Origin: a virus | Lineage: Duplodnaviria; Caudoviricetes | IMG/VR virus record: IMGVR_UViG_3300014208_000027 | Span: 64,001 to 128,000 of that record | Reading direction: 5' to 3' (one strand) | Length of the DNA stretch: 64,000 bases | In this document: positions 8,980 through 18,934 of the stretch, piece by piece | Layout: each line of letters begins with the position of its first letter | How positions within the stretch are numbered: position 1 is the first letter of the stretch | Made by a program: the position numbers and the translations under genes | Notes under the pieces: model-generated | Databases searched by the model: none | Seen by the model: only the letters and a program-made list of their open reading frames with translations | Told to the model about the DNA's origin: nothing

Positions 8980-9698
8980 TGGCTAGACCTAAAGGTTCTA
9001 CTAAAAGCGTAGCCAGGCCCGGTCAAGATAAAAAACAATATTTTACTAAAGATCATGAAAACGCTATTCTTGCTTATGTAAAAACTGATAGTCTTCCTAT
9101 TCGTACCAAACTTTATATTCAGTTCATAGAGCCTTCATTTTCAGAAATGGTAGAAAAGATTTCCTTCACTTATAAATTTAATTCTTTGCCTAACATAAGT
9201 TTTCTCAAAGAAGAATGTAAGATTTGGCTTGTGACTATTTTAGATAAATTTGATGTTAATAAGGGCTATAAAGCTTTTTCTTATTTTTCTATTATAACCA
9301 AGAATTGGTTTATAGCTAAGACAAAGAAGAACGCTAGTCAAAATAAAAAAGAGATTCAAGGTGAAGATCTTTCCAAAGAGTTAGAATACAAATACTATTC
9401 TGATAGTAATGAATACTTTGAGAAGCGTGAAGAGGCTGAATTTTGGATTCACTTCTTGCAAGAGTTAGATCGTTGGGACGACTTAGCTGTTAAGGAAAAT
9501 GAAGTAAAAGTATTAGATGGTATTAAAGTTTTGGTAGCAAACATAGAAGATATACCAATTTTTAATAAGAAGGCAATTTATTTTTTCCTTCGTGAAATTA
9601 CCAACCTATCAACCAAGCAAATCGTAGCATCGTTGAATAAGTTTAAAGCAGAATATAAGTTGTTCAAGAATGATTGGGATAACGGCGAAACTTTTTAA
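8979..9698 (+). CDS. Phage sigma factor-like late transcription protein (T4 gp55-like)
   Basis: Sigma region-2-like segment LDKFDVNKGYKAFSYFSIITKNWFI, preceded by YFT...E.AI..Y. Confidence 0.7.
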   Translation: MARPKGSTKSVARPGQDKKQYFTKDHENAILAYVKTDSLPIRTKLYIQFIEPSFSEMVEKISFTYKFNSLPNISFLKEECKIWLVTILDKFDVNKGYKAFSYFSIITKNWFIAKTKKNASQNKKEIQGEDLSKELEYKYYSDSNEYFEKREEAEFWIHFLQELDRWDDLAVKENEVKVLDGIKVLVANIEDIPIFNKKAIYFFLREITNLSTKQIVASLNKFKAEYKLFKNDWDNGETF

Positions 9699-9699
9699 C

Positions 9700-10044
9700 A
9701 TGGCAAAGAAAAATATATATTGTGTTGAAGTGCTAACAAAATTTGTTGTAGAGGCTGAGACAGAAGAAGAAGTTTATCACAAGTCTATAGACTATGCTAA
9801 GGAAGAAATTATAAATTCTGGAACGATAGAAAAAGTAGTTTTGATTTCTAGTCTGTCTGACCTTCCCAGCGATTGGAAAGAATTTCATTTGCCTTATGAT
9901 CAAAAAAATAGTATTACTATAGGTAACCATTTAAAAATACCTCCTAGAGTTATGGGCGAGTCAAAAACTTTTGAAAAACAAGTTGGATTACCTCACGATA
10001 TGGCATTAAAAATTTTCAATAATATGACAAAAAAAGGGGGCTAA
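9700..10044 (+). CDS. Hypothetical protein
   Basis: ORF, start adjusted to the ATG after the upstream stop. Confidence 0.6.
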   Translation: MAKKNIYCVEVLTKFVVEAETEEEVYHKSIDYAKEEIINSGTIEKVVLISSLSDLPSDWKEFHLPYDQKNSITIGNHLKIPPRVMGESKTFEKQVGLPHDMALKIFNNMTKKGG

Positions 10045-10046
10045 AA

Positions 10047-10265
10047 GTGCCGAATTATAATGGCAGCAAAGATTATAGCTCTAGAGATTTCAGAAAAGAG
10101 TTTATTAAAGTAAAAGAACTGAACCTTCATTATGATGAAGAGACGGGTACTTATTTTGATGTGAAGGAGTTTATTGAAGAATTACTTGAAGAAGTTGATA
10201 CCTTACGCTTAACAATTGATGTCAAAAATGGAGATATTCCAGAGGAGAATAGTGATGTGAAATAG
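10047..10265 (+). CDS. Hypothetical protein
   Basis: ORF in tight operon spacing, GTG start. Confidence 0.55.
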   Translation: MPNYNGSKDYSSRDFRKEFIKVKELNLHYDEETGTYFDVKEFIEELLEEVDTLRLTIDVKNGDIPEENSDVK

Positions 10266-10316
10266 AATATTTTTGTTGCCTTGTAAATCATTTTAACTTT
10301 TAAAGGAGATTTTGAA

Positions 10317-10517
10317 ATGTCACAACAAACATGTAAGAATTGTAAGTTTTATTGTTCTGAGCCACGAGAAGATCAACAAGTTCAAAAGGGTAAGTGTAAG
10401 CGTTTTCCGCCTTCAATGATGGTAACCGAGGAAAGGATCCGATACTATTTTCCTATTGTTACAGAATTTGATGCTTGTGGTGAGCATCTTGATAAGCCAG
10501 TTTTGCTGAACGATTAA
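10317..10517 (+). CDS. Small Cys-rich putative metal-binding protein
   Basis: CKNCKF...G.CKRFPP...FP.V...D.CGEH. SD AAGGAG. Confidence 0.7.
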   Translation: MSQQTCKNCKFYCSEPREDQQVQKGKCKRFPPSMMVTEERIRYYFPIVTEFDACGEHLDKPVLLND

Positions 10518-10539
10518 GTTTTTCCTTCCTTTTTTTTCA

Positions 10540-10568
10540 TTGACTTTCTCTACATCCTTTGCTATACT
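10540..10568 (+). promoter_or_regulatory. sigma70-type promoter with extended -10
   Basis: TTGACT-N17-TATACT with TGc before the -10. Confidence 0.75.
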
Positions 10569-10589
10569 TAATTTAGAGGCAAAATAAAA

Positions 10590-10748
10590 ATGCAAGTTTT
10601 TGTAGTTGTAGATGCTGTAATGGGTAGAATTTCTCACATAGAAGCAGTCTTTTCTACTGTAGAGTTAGCTAAGGAATATGTGGAAAAGAATAAACTTAAC
10701 GCTATGGGTAGGCTGGTTTATCAGCAATTCGAAGTGGACAAGGTGTAG
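10590..10748 (+). CDS. Hypothetical protein, 52 aa (MQVFVVVDAVMGRISHIEAVFSTVELAKEY...)
   Basis: Hand-translated. SD GAGG, directly downstream of the promoter. Confidence 0.7.
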   Translation: MQVFVVVDAVMGRISHIEAVFSTVELAKEYVEKNKLNAMGRLVYQQFEVDKV

Positions 10749-10750
10749 TC

Positions 10751-11140
10751 ATGTTGAATAGTTTTTTATTCTTTTTATCTGGGATATGCTGCTATGCTTT
10801 CCTTAGCAAGGTTATGCAATACTATCATATTACTAGTACTTTTTTTGTAACAAACTATTCTTGTTTGCGTCTTGCAAAATATGTTGAAGGAATTTATTAT
10901 AATACTTTGAGGCTTTCTCGTAAAAAAACGAGAGAGGTAGAAAAAATTAGCGAGGAAGAAGAAAAATATCTTGAGAAGTCTGATGATGCCATGGTAGAAG
11001 ATTGGAAGAACTTGTTTATTATTACCATGATGAATATGTATCCTCCTAAACTTAGAAAACATTTGCCATTTGAAACTTGGCGTCAAGCTATGAATTGGAT
11101 GGCAAAAGAAGAAAAAAGATATGGACTGGATAAAGTTTAA
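10751..11140 (+). CDS. Hypothetical membrane-anchored protein
   Basis: N-terminal hydrophobic segment. Confidence 0.6.
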   Translation: MLNSFLFFLSGICCYAFLSKVMQYYHITSTFFVTNYSCLRLAKYVEGIYYNTLRLSRKKTREVEKISEEEEKYLEKSDDAMVEDWKNLFIITMMNMYPPKLRKHLPFETWRQAMNWMAKEEKRYGLDKV

Positions 11141-11181
11141 AGAATTAGTGTGGCGATTATCAACTACATGGTTTGAGTGAT

Positions 11182-11439
11182 ATGAAAAAAATACTTCTCA
11201 CTGCATGCTTTCTGTTATCTTCCAGTGTAACATTTGCTGGAGAAAGTACAGATATAATAATTAATAACCCGAAATCTGCTAACGCGCTATTAGAAATTAA
11301 GTGTGATTTTCAATATAAATTAGGTACTTACAAGTTTTTTAATAGATTCTGGGTGATGAAAAAAAGTAATTCTCTTTTACCTGTTCCATATGGTATGAAG
11401 AATTGTGAGATCTGGGTTATAGATGTAAAGGTTTTCTAA
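11182..11439 (+). CDS. Putative secreted protein
   Basis: MKKILLTACFLLSSSVTFA signal-peptide-like N-terminus. Confidence 0.65.
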   Translation: MKKILLTACFLLSSSVTFAGESTDIIINNPKSANALLEIKCDFQYKLGTYKFFNRFWVMKKSNSLLPVPYGMKNCEIWVIDVKVF

Positions 11440-11458
11440 CAATTTAACAGGAGTCATA

Positions 11459-12109
11459 ATGCGTAGTCTAATCTTCCTTTCTCTAGTATGTTTTGCCTGT
11501 ACAACACCAAACTCTGGTGGTCAGCCCGAATTTGATCAAGGGGATCCTGCATCTGGTAACTACATGATCTTCCTTAATGAAATTTTAAATAGTTGTTCCG
11601 TAGATGGTCGTCAAGGTGCTCTTAGAGATCTTTTTGTTTCTCCTTTAGATACTGACGGTATGGGTCAAGGGAGTCTTGTTATGGGGAATGTTTATTTCGG
11701 ATTAAACATTCTTCAAACTCCAACGGGTTATAAATTTTCTTTAGTTAAAGAAGATTGCACATTTATGGATGGAAATTATTTGTCTGCCAAAACTTGTAAT
11801 TCTGTTAATGCTGTTCCAACTTTTGACGGAGAGTATAGTTTTGAAACAAATCGTTTGAGTGGGGTGGTTACTTTTGATTACTCTGGGGTATGCGGCGAAT
11901 CTGGCCTTGATAACGGGCAAAGTAAGTTAAAATTCGATGGTAATCGTGAAGCTTTTGCAACCGTTTGTAGGGAAGGAAGTTTTTATTGTTACACTGAGAA
12001 AGATTGCAAGGGTAAGCTACCGTGGTGTAAAATTCAAGAAGGTTTTTGTGTTGCTTGGAACGCTAAGAGTTATCGAGTGGTTGGAACTTCAGATTGTGTG
12101 AATTATTAA
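11459..12109 (+). CDS. Putative Cys-rich lipoprotein
   Basis: MRSLIFLSLVCFAC lipobox-like signal, SD AGGAG, many cysteines. Confidence 0.65.
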   Translation: MRSLIFLSLVCFACTTPNSGGQPEFDQGDPASGNYMIFLNEILNSCSVDGRQGALRDLFVSPLDTDGMGQGSLVMGNVYFGLNILQTPTGYKFSLVKEDCTFMDGNYLSAKTCNSVNAVPTFDGEYSFETNRLSGVVTFDYSGVCGESGLDNGQSKLKFDGNREAFATVCREGSFYCYTEKDCKGKLPWCKIQEGFCVAWNAKSYRVVGTSDCVNY

Positions 12110-12405
12110 ATCCTGCCTGGCTGGTTATATCGATACTGCATCATATCCGTGATTTCTTTATAAGGAAAAGTAGTTTTAATTTCTCTGTTAAAGTACTTTC
12201 CTTTAGACCCTGCTTTTTGTAATTCTTCCCAAATCCATACAGGTACTTGAGAGTATAAATACTTTCTACCATTTTGAAACGTGATAGTTAATTCTTTTCT
12301 ATCGGTTTCATAAACCATATCTAAGATATTAGTACTGTCCACATTTAACGCCTTTTCTATAGCTTCTTTAATAAGCGCATAGAATTGTTTAGTTGATAGC
12401 ATCAT
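12106..12405 (-). CDS. KTSC-domain protein with an extra N-terminal helix
   Basis: VDSTNI....YE.....L.I.F.NG..Y.Y..VP...WEEL..A.SKG.YFN..IK. Confidence 0.88.
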   Translation of the reverse strand: MMLSTKQFYALIKEAIEKALNVDSTNILDMVYETDRKELTITFQNGRKYLYSQVPVWIWEELQKAGSKGKYFNREIKTTFPYKEITDMMQYRYNQPGRI

Positions 12406-12407
12406 AA

Positions 12408-12430
12408 TAATTAGTCTTTTTCTCTATTTA
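12408..12430. promoter_or_regulatory. Divergent pair of putative late promoters
   Basis: CTAATTA on minus (12408-12414) and CTATTTA on plus (12424-12430), each 2-4 nt from an ATG. Confidence 0.6.
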
Positions 12431-12434
12431 CTGC

Positions 12435-12725
12435 ATGGCAAAGAAAAATAAAACTTCTCTTGTAGAGGAAACTGTTGAAAATTGTAGGTCTGATAGAGAA
12501 CAGGCTCAATGGCTTCTTACAAAACTTATTTATGTTTTAGGTCAAGAACATGATAAACATAGAGAGTATGGTTTAATAGCTGCAAAGTATTTAGAAACTC
12601 TTCAAAGATCTAATGAACAAATGGTTAAGATTGCACTGGTACAAAGTAAAAATGAAGTAGTAGATATGGAGTTGTCTGAAGAAGATCGCGAAGAATTGTT
12701 TGATAGTATAAAAGACGAAAAATAA
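12435..12725 (+). CDS. Hypothetical helical protein (late)
   Basis: ORF 4 nt after CTATTTA, no SD. Confidence 0.65.
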   Translation: MAKKNKTSLVEETVENCRSDREQAQWLLTKLIYVLGQEHDKHREYGLIAAKYLETLQRSNEQMVKIALVQSKNEVVDMELSEEDREELFDSIKDEK

Positions 12726-13808
12726 TTATTTAAAGTTTTCGTAAAAATCTTTTAAACTTGGATAGACTGGGATTTTCATATCTTTTGCTTGTTTAAGATA
12801 TTCCGGAATGTTAGTTATTATAAATTTAATGACAGATTCGGAAGGGATTAGCCAAAATTCTGTTCTTTTTGGCCTGTTGTGTAATTCTGTAGGATATCTC
12901 CTTCCAGTGGGTATGTTTATTTTTGACCATGTATCTACATCAAATTGATAATCGGATTTCCCATAAACTCCAATTATTAGTAATTTGTTCGGATCGTGTA
13001 TAAGAATATTTTCTCCGGGATTTGTAGAAGAAAAACATACTTCTCCTGTTATGTTTTTAAAAAGGAATAAAACTTCTTTCAAAGGTTTTTTTTTGTCAGC
13101 GCGTTGACTGTGCAGAAAGACCCCGGTTGCCGCTTTTTTTTGGTCAGAACTTAAAGTTTTTTCTCTGTCATACAGTTGCGCGATGTTTTTAGCCCAATCA
13201 AAGATGACTATATATTTTTTTGGAAGCGAATGGCTTATAATTTTTTCAAAGGTATAATTTCTATCAGTTTGATCTGTGTGACTTATATAATATTGTTTAA
13301 TTTTTGAGGGAATTTTAACTGATTTGTTTTTTACGAGTTCTTTCACAAAAGTGTTAATATCTTCGTATGTTGGGTCCTTTTCATCTATCGTATTATTTGT
13401 TTCGTCATTTTTTACGATATAATTTAATATACTTTGGATATCATTAGAAAGTTCATAAATAGCTTTTTTTACTTCTTCTTTGTTAAACCTAAAATGATGC
13501 CAATCAACTCTATCTGCACTCGGTCTGGCTAAGGTGACGCAAGCGCTTCCGGTCGGCTTTTCGTTATATTCATCTTTTTCTTTATATGAAAATAATATTG
13601 AGAATTTAACCTCTGGGTTTATTCTTGAGGTTATAATTATGTTATTTTTATCTAGAACTCCTGGGGTAAATTTGAAATCCCGATTAAATTTATTTTCTAT
13701 TTTTTTAGACATATCGTAAAATATGTCTAGTGCCATTGGTTCTGTTATCACAGAATCATTTTTAATCGCAATATATTCTCTCAGTATTTGTTTAAAATTG
13801 AATGACAT
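12726..13808 (-). CDS. Hypothetical protein, candidate internal head protein
   Basis: N-terminus MSFNFKQILREYI, late motif 4 nt upstream. Confidence 0.55.
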   Translation of the reverse strand: MSFNFKQILREYIAIKNDSVITEPMALDIFYDMSKKIENKFNRDFKFTPGVLDKNNIIITSRINPEVKFSILFSYKEKDEYNEKPTGSACVTLARPSADRVDWHHFRFNKEEVKKAIYELSNDIQSILNYIVKNDETNNTIDEKDPTYEDINTFVKELVKNKSVKIPSKIKQYYISHTDQTDRNYTFEKIISHSLPKKYIVIFDWAKNIAQLYDREKTLSSDQKKAATGVFLHSQRADKKKPLKEVLFLFKNITGEVCFSSTNPGENILIHDPNKLLIIGVYGKSDYQFDVDTWSKINIPTGRRYPTELHNRPKRTEFWLIPSESVIKFIITNIPEYLKQAKDMKIPVYPSLKDFYENFK

Positions 13809-13812
13809 GTAA

Positions 13813-13833
13813 TAAATAGTTGTTTTCTAATTA
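13813..13833. promoter_or_regulatory. Divergent pair of putative late promoters
   Basis: CTATTTA on minus (13813-13819) and CTAATTA on plus (13827-13833). Confidence 0.6.
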
Positions 13834-13841
13834 CTTATGTT

Positions 13842-16832
13842 ATGGCTAAGAATGAACCAACCACACCATTTTATCCTGCTCATGGCATATTAAATAAGTT
13901 AGAAAAACCTCAGGTATCTTCTAGAGTTAACCTTGAAAATTATGATGCCTTTACTACAAATAAAAACATCGTCAAGGAATTTTATGCTTATGATGCCGTA
14001 ACAAATACGGGACCATATAAAGGAATTGTTTTGAGATGGGAAGGAAATAATGTTCCTGAAGCTGGTGGATGGTTAGAAAGTTGGTTTAAAAATAAAGGTA
14101 CTGCTCCTACTCTAGTAAAGATAAAAGTTAGAATACCTGAACTTCATGCCATGCTACCTATACCTAAACAACTAGGTGGTGGTAACAATCCTGATAATGC
14201 AATTATTGATATGTATCCAACCTTCATTGCTCAAAACAATGGAGTAGAATTAGCAAATTACCCTGAGATAGCTTCGTTAGTTTGGGTAGATTATGGTAAC
14301 AAAGTAAATTTTTCTGATCCTATCTATCTTAGGCCTGTATCTATGGCTCAAGCTGGGGCTGGGGCAAAAGGAGATATTTCTGCTCAAGGCGCACATAATA
14401 ATAAATGTGGTGGCTTATTACAATCAAATCCTCCACCTGGTGATGAACTAGCTGGTAGAAATAAAGCACTATCTCACTCTGGATTGCCTTTACTACCAAG
14501 AAAATTATCTAATGCTAACATAGGTGAAGGTATTCTAAAAGGGCCACAAGTTAATTCTTTAACCGTTTCAACCTGGCAAAAAGAAATGAAGGCTTCTGGC
14601 ATACCTGGCATAACTTGGATAGGCAACATAAAATTTAATGGTATAGAAGACTCTACGCATGAAAACAATAAAAGAGAGACAATTATATTCTCTCCTAACG
14701 TCACGGACTATTCTGCACCATTAGAACTTATTTACTTTTTCCATGGAGCTACTGAATTTGACAAAACTAAAGATTTTCAAAAGCGTTATCCTGCTGCATT
14801 AAAAAGATTAGCAAGTGATAATAGAAACTTTATATTTGTTATGCCTGAGTTACCGTGGGGAAAATATGCTGGAGCTAACGCATTAAAAAATGTTAAGAAT
14901 GGTAATGTCTGGCAAGGTAATGATAACTTTGCTAGTTTTCATGGAGATGTGCTGGCAACAATAAAAAATTCATTCTCTGATAAAGTAAAAATAGAATATA
15001 TATCGGTTATAACAGTTAATAATGGTACGCTGGCATTATCAAACGCATTCAAAAATGGTATGGATAATGTAAAACCAAATAGGCTAGTTTTAACCGAGGT
15101 AACAAAGAATTTTTCTGATCTAGTAGCAACTGCTAAAGAATCTATCATACAAGTGGTAGTAAAGAAAAACTCTGAAGATGAGAAGAGATTTAATCAATAT
15201 GATGGTAAAGATAAAATAGATTTCAAAGCATTAGATAAGAGTAGCGAAGAAATAAACAATGAAGCCATATTTTATATTGGAAATAAAACAGATAGTCTAA
15301 AAAAAGAAGGACAAAAATTACCTGCTCCTAAAAATGCAGACAAATCACCAGGCATAAAAGAAAAAACTGTTATCAATGGGAATAAGGTAACTATAGAACC
15401 AGCAGAGGGGTTCAAAGAGAATAGAGTATACGTAGCTCAATTTGGCGTCCTAAAGGGCACTGAAGACGTTTTAGTGAAGGTACCCAGCGTAGGAGCACAA
15501 CAATTTTTGCACTCTCTAGCGGCCAAGAGACTAGCTCTAATGAGTGCAGCATGGCAACAAGAGAATGCAGGACAGCCAGAAATAAAAATAGCTTCGGGTT
15601 GGAGAGCAAATGATTTTGCCACTAAGGCTGATTGGGAAGCTTATCTAAGAGTACAATATAAGGGTGATGTAGAAAAAGGAAAAGGATTAAAAGCTTTCGA
15701 GTCTCCTCATAGTGCGGGCTTGGCTTTTGACATTGGAAATTTAGGATTAACTCCAAAGAGTACTACAAATGAGCAACAAAAACAAACTAAGTTACATAAA
15801 TGGTTAGTTAACAATGCTTATAAATTTGGTATTACACCTTACAAACTTGAGGCATGGCACTGGGAAGTTATGTTGCCTAGAGATAGTTGGGTTAGTGGCA
15901 AGGAGTTTACCGATAATCTAGCAGTGAGAGTACTTAATCCTGGTAAAGGAAATAATCTTCCAATGGCTAGCAACGATAATAAAGATTGTGTAGCAACCGT
16001 GGCAAGTGTCATGGGATCGTCACCTAACAATCCTAACGGAAGTTTAAATAAACCTGCTAGTGAAGATGGAGAAGTAAATCTTGTGTACACAGATTTTGCT
16101 AGGAAGAAGGCTCCACGACCGTCAATTCAAGGTTTGCTAGATGGCGCAAAAAAAGTAGATCAAAAATGGGGTACACTAATAAAAAAATATCAAGGTAATT
16201 TACCGTACGGGTTAACATGTGTTCGTATTGCTCATGAAAATGGAGTTGTTGCAAAATCTAAACCAACACCTCACGGTGAGACGGGATTATTTCAAATTTG
16301 GTGCGGTCCCGACTTTTATCAAGATTATGTAACATATGGAGTAGATGAAGCAGTGAAACGTGGAAATTTTCAACCTGGAAGATTGGGTGCAAAGTGTAAA
16401 AAAATAAAACCTGATTTTAATCCGTTTAATGCAGATGATAATATATGGGGTGGGTTAAGTGATTTTAATGTTCAAGCTAATAGATTGGCTTATGGAAAGT
16501 TACAAAGATATTTTCCTAAAGCAGATGTCCAATTTTGGGGATGTGTTAATATCCAGTTGAGTATTGGAGATGGAGCTTTTCCGTTTTTATTGAAGAAAGT
16601 TAATCCAACTCCAGGAAATGCTTTAAATGAGTTGTGCAATTATGTTGCAAATAATGGGGAAAGTCTGGTAGAATATGCCGAGAAGGGATTATTTGGGAAA
16701 GGAGTAACAGCTAATTCGGTAGTGTCGAGAGTTTTAGTCACTCCTTTTTGGATCAAGGCAGCTCAACAATTAACTGGTGAATCAGTGGCTACAGCAGATT
16801 ATGGTATGAAATCATTTTTAAATTTTGCTTAA
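13842..16832 (+). CDS. Baseplate hub-like virion protein with M15B peptidase and lytic transglycosylase-like domains
   Basis: M15B motifs ASGWR, HSAGLAFD (HxxxxxxD), EAWH. C-terminal IAHENG...GLFQI...NI.GG. Central LIYFFHG/FVMPELP alpha/beta-hydrolase-like region. N-terminal KIKVRIPELH OB-like region. Lies upstream of the spike gene. Confidence 0.7.
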   Translation: MAKNEPTTPFYPAHGILNKLEKPQVSSRVNLENYDAFTTNKNIVKEFYAYDAVTNTGPYKGIVLRWEGNNVPEAGGWLESWFKNKGTAPTLVKIKVRIPELHAMLPIPKQLGGGNNPDNAIIDMYPTFIAQNNGVELANYPEIASLVWVDYGNKVNFSDPIYLRPVSMAQAGAGAKGDISAQGAHNNKCGGLLQSNPPPGDELAGRNKALSHSGLPLLPRKLSNANIGEGILKGPQVNSLTVSTWQKEMKASGIPGITWIGNIKFNGIEDSTHENNKRETIIFSPNVTDYSAPLELIYFFHGATEFDKTKDFQKRYPAALKRLASDNRNFIFVMPELPWGKYAGANALKNVKNGNVWQGNDNFASFHGDVLATIKNSFSDKVKIEYISVITVNNGTLALSNAFKNGMDNVKPNRLVLTEVTKNFSDLVATAKESIIQVVVKKNSEDEKRFNQYDGKDKIDFKALDKSSEEINNEAIFYIGNKTDSLKKEGQKLPAPKNADKSPGIKEKTVINGNKVTIEPAEGFKENRVYVAQFGVLKGTEDVLVKVPSVGAQQFLHSLAAKRLALMSAAWQQENAGQPEIKIASGWRANDFATKADWEAYLRVQYKGDVEKGKGLKAFESPHSAGLAFDIGNLGLTPKSTTNEQQKQTKLHKWLVNNAYKFGITPYKLEAWHWEVMLPRDSWVSGKEFTDNLAVRVLNPGKGNNLPMASNDNKDCVATVASVMGSSPNNPNGSLNKPASEDGEVNLVYTDFARKKAPRPSIQGLLDGAKKVDQKWGTLIKKYQGNLPYGLTCVRIAHENGVVAKSKPTPHGETGLFQIWCGPDFYQDYVTYGVDEAVKRGNFQPGRLGAKCKKIKPDFNPFNADDNIWGGLSDFNVQANRLAYGKLQRYFPKADVQFWGCVNIQLSIGDGAFPFLLKKVNPTPGNALNELCNYVANNGESLVEYAEKGLFGKGVTANSVVSRVLVTPFWIKAAQQLTGESVATADYGMKSFLNFA

Positions 16833-16857
16833 TAAATTTTTTCACAAAGGAGAAATC

Positions 16858-17121
16858 ATGTTACGATTTACTGTTTACGGGGCCGTTTGGTGCCAAGGCT
16901 GTATAAAAATGCAACATATTATTTGGTCTGTCTTGAGAGAATTTAATCATATTGAGTATAGACACATCGATATAGACACAAGTGAAGAGCGAGATCTTTT
17001 CAAGGAAACTGGCAGTAGAACAGTTCCATTTTATACGCTTCAAAAAAATGACAAGATGATATGGTCCGGTGGTGGGGTGATGAGTAAAGATTATCTGAGA
17101 AGTGTGCTAGCGAGATATTAA
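16858..17121 (+). CDS. Thioredoxin/glutaredoxin-like protein
   Basis: WCQGC redox motif, TVP cis-Pro motif. Start chosen after SD AAGGAG. Confidence 0.85.
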   Translation: MLRFTVYGAVWCQGCIKMQHIIWSVLREFNHIEYRHIDIDTSEERDLFKETGSRTVPFYTLQKNDKMIWSGGGVMSKDYLRSVLARY

Positions 17122-17123
17122 AA

Positions 17124-18011
17124 ATGGGGTGGAAAAAAAGACCGAAAAAAACCGGCATTTGCGATTCTTGTAATGAAGAGAAACAGGTAATTACAAAAAG
17201 AAATGGACAATTAGAATGCCTTCTGTGTAACTCAAGAGCGGCTAGAGATAAGTATATAAATACTCACAGGAGAATTTGTTCGCTTTGTTTAGAGGAATCA
17301 ATTATTTTTGCAGAGAACGATGATAAATTTTATTGTCAAAATTGTTATAGAAATCATATTAAAAATAAAAATGTGTGTTTTTTTTGTAATGAAAAAAAGA
17401 TTTCTTATTTCAATAAAAAAATAGAAAAGTTTTATTGTTCGAATTGTCATTCAAAATATATACGTGGAAAAAAAGTATGCTCGATTTGTAATGAAGAAGG
17501 TATAGTTAATAAATATGATGATGGGAAACCCATTTGTTCTCGTTGTTATCATAAAAACTTTTATGAACCACCAACTGGAGAATGTTATGTTTGCCATAAA
17601 ATTGATTCTTTACCAGTTCCAGTTGACGATCAAAAAAGGATATGCAGAAATTGTGATTTAGCATGCAGAAGAAAAAACGATGCTAAATTTAATATAATAC
17701 AAAGATTAAGATCTCGTTTATCAAATGCTTTTAGAATTTATTCTAAAAATGGGAAGGTAAATTCATCTAAAGAATATGGCATAGATTATCAAGCTATTTT
17801 TGAATATATTGGCGAGTGCCCTGGAAATAGAAAAGATTATCATATTGATCATATAAAACCTTTATGTTTATTCGATTTTGATGACCCTGAACAAGTAAAA
17901 GAAGCATATCGGGCAGATAATCACCAGTGGATGTTAGCTTCTGAAAATATAAAAAAAGGTTGTAAATATATTGAACCCGTTTTAGGAGAGGAAGATAAAA
18001 AAAATGAGTAG
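17124..18011 (+). CDS. HNH endonuclease with tandem CxxC zinc fingers (putative homing endonuclease)
   Basis: Many CxxC pairs. C-terminal HIDHIKPL..FD......NHQWM.ASENIKKG. Confidence 0.8.
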   Translation: MGWKKRPKKTGICDSCNEEKQVITKRNGQLECLLCNSRAARDKYINTHRRICSLCLEESIIFAENDDKFYCQNCYRNHIKNKNVCFFCNEKKISYFNKKIEKFYCSNCHSKYIRGKKVCSICNEEGIVNKYDDGKPICSRCYHKNFYEPPTGECYVCHKIDSLPVPVDDQKRICRNCDLACRRKNDAKFNIIQRLRSRLSNAFRIYSKNGKVNSSKEYGIDYQAIFEYIGECPGNRKDYHIDHIKPLCLFDFDDPEQVKEAYRADNHQWMLASENIKKGCKYIEPVLGEEDKKNE

Positions 18012-18927
18012 CCTCAAAAAAGCATTAGATCGTGATGGTCTTTCCGATGAAACAAAAAAAATAATTGGTAACACTTCTTACTCTGCCAAAATAGATGCTC
18101 AAGGTATTGCTGGATCGACTTTATCTGAGCCAGTTCCGAACTATATTTCTACGCCTAGTGAAATTGTTTTATCAAACAAATCCAATAGTTGGATAGTGCT
18201 TGGTCGGGATCGTCCTGGATCCCGTCTATCCGGTTACGGTGGTCGGGGTGATTCTGGTGCAGCATCTATAGATCTTGTTGTAGGCCGTAATGGCAGTAAT
18301 GTAAAACAAGTTGATGTGAGTAACCAGCAACTCTGGACTGACTCTGATTTTGTTAATGATTCTGCCAGGATATACATTTCCGCTAAAGCCGACATTGACG
18401 ATTATTTAAAACTTGACGGTACTAATCATAAAACTAGATCGGCGGTCGGGATTAAAGCCGACCATATTCGAATAGTGGCTAGAGAAAAAATAAAATTAGT
18501 GACCGGCACTGACGACACGAATTCCCAGGGTGGTTTAATAAATGAATTATCTGGTATAGAAATTAACGCTGGTAACAATAGTGAATCCTTACAACCAATG
18601 GTCCTAGGTTCCAATGTTGTCTCTGCTTTGTCAGGAATTGTTAATCATATAGATTCTTTAGCGGGTATAGTAGATTCTTTAACCATGATTATTTTTGACT
18701 ACAATCAGCAGATCGCTACCCATTTTCATATTAGTCCGTTCTTCGCTCAGTGTACCACTCCCAGTGAAGTTCTTATTCCTGAAGGAACCAAAGCTAACAT
18801 TAATCTTCTTCAAAAGGTTAAGCGTAGTATTTTAAATTTGAAAATAAATTTGGGATCCTTTAAAATAACTCATCTCGAACAGGTAGGTAAAAATTATGTA
18901 TGCTCGCGTAGGAATAAGGTTAACTAA
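18004..18927 (+). CDS. Baseplate central spike-like protein
   Basis: Beta-rich repeats (IVLGRDR, IDLVVGR, RIYIS, IKADHIRIVARE.IKL), C-terminal HxH (THFH) typical of metal-binding spike tips, and its position. Confidence 0.6.
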   Translation: MSSLKKALDRDGLSDETKKIIGNTSYSAKIDAQGIAGSTLSEPVPNYISTPSEIVLSNKSNSWIVLGRDRPGSRLSGYGGRGDSGAASIDLVVGRNGSNVKQVDVSNQQLWTDSDFVNDSARIYISAKADIDDYLKLDGTNHKTRSAVGIKADHIRIVAREKIKLVTGTDDTNSQGGLINELSGIEINAGNNSESLQPMVLGSNVVSALSGIVNHIDSLAGIVDSLTMIIFDYNQQIATHFHISPFFAQCTTPSEVLIPEGTKANINLLQKVKRSILNLKINLGSFKITHLEQVGKNYVCSRRNKVN

Positions 18928-18934
18928 TTAACTT

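Noticed and set aside
12435-12725. Possible terminase small subunit
   Set aside because: Only size, helicity and late expression fit. There is no diagnostic motif and no large subunit in the window.
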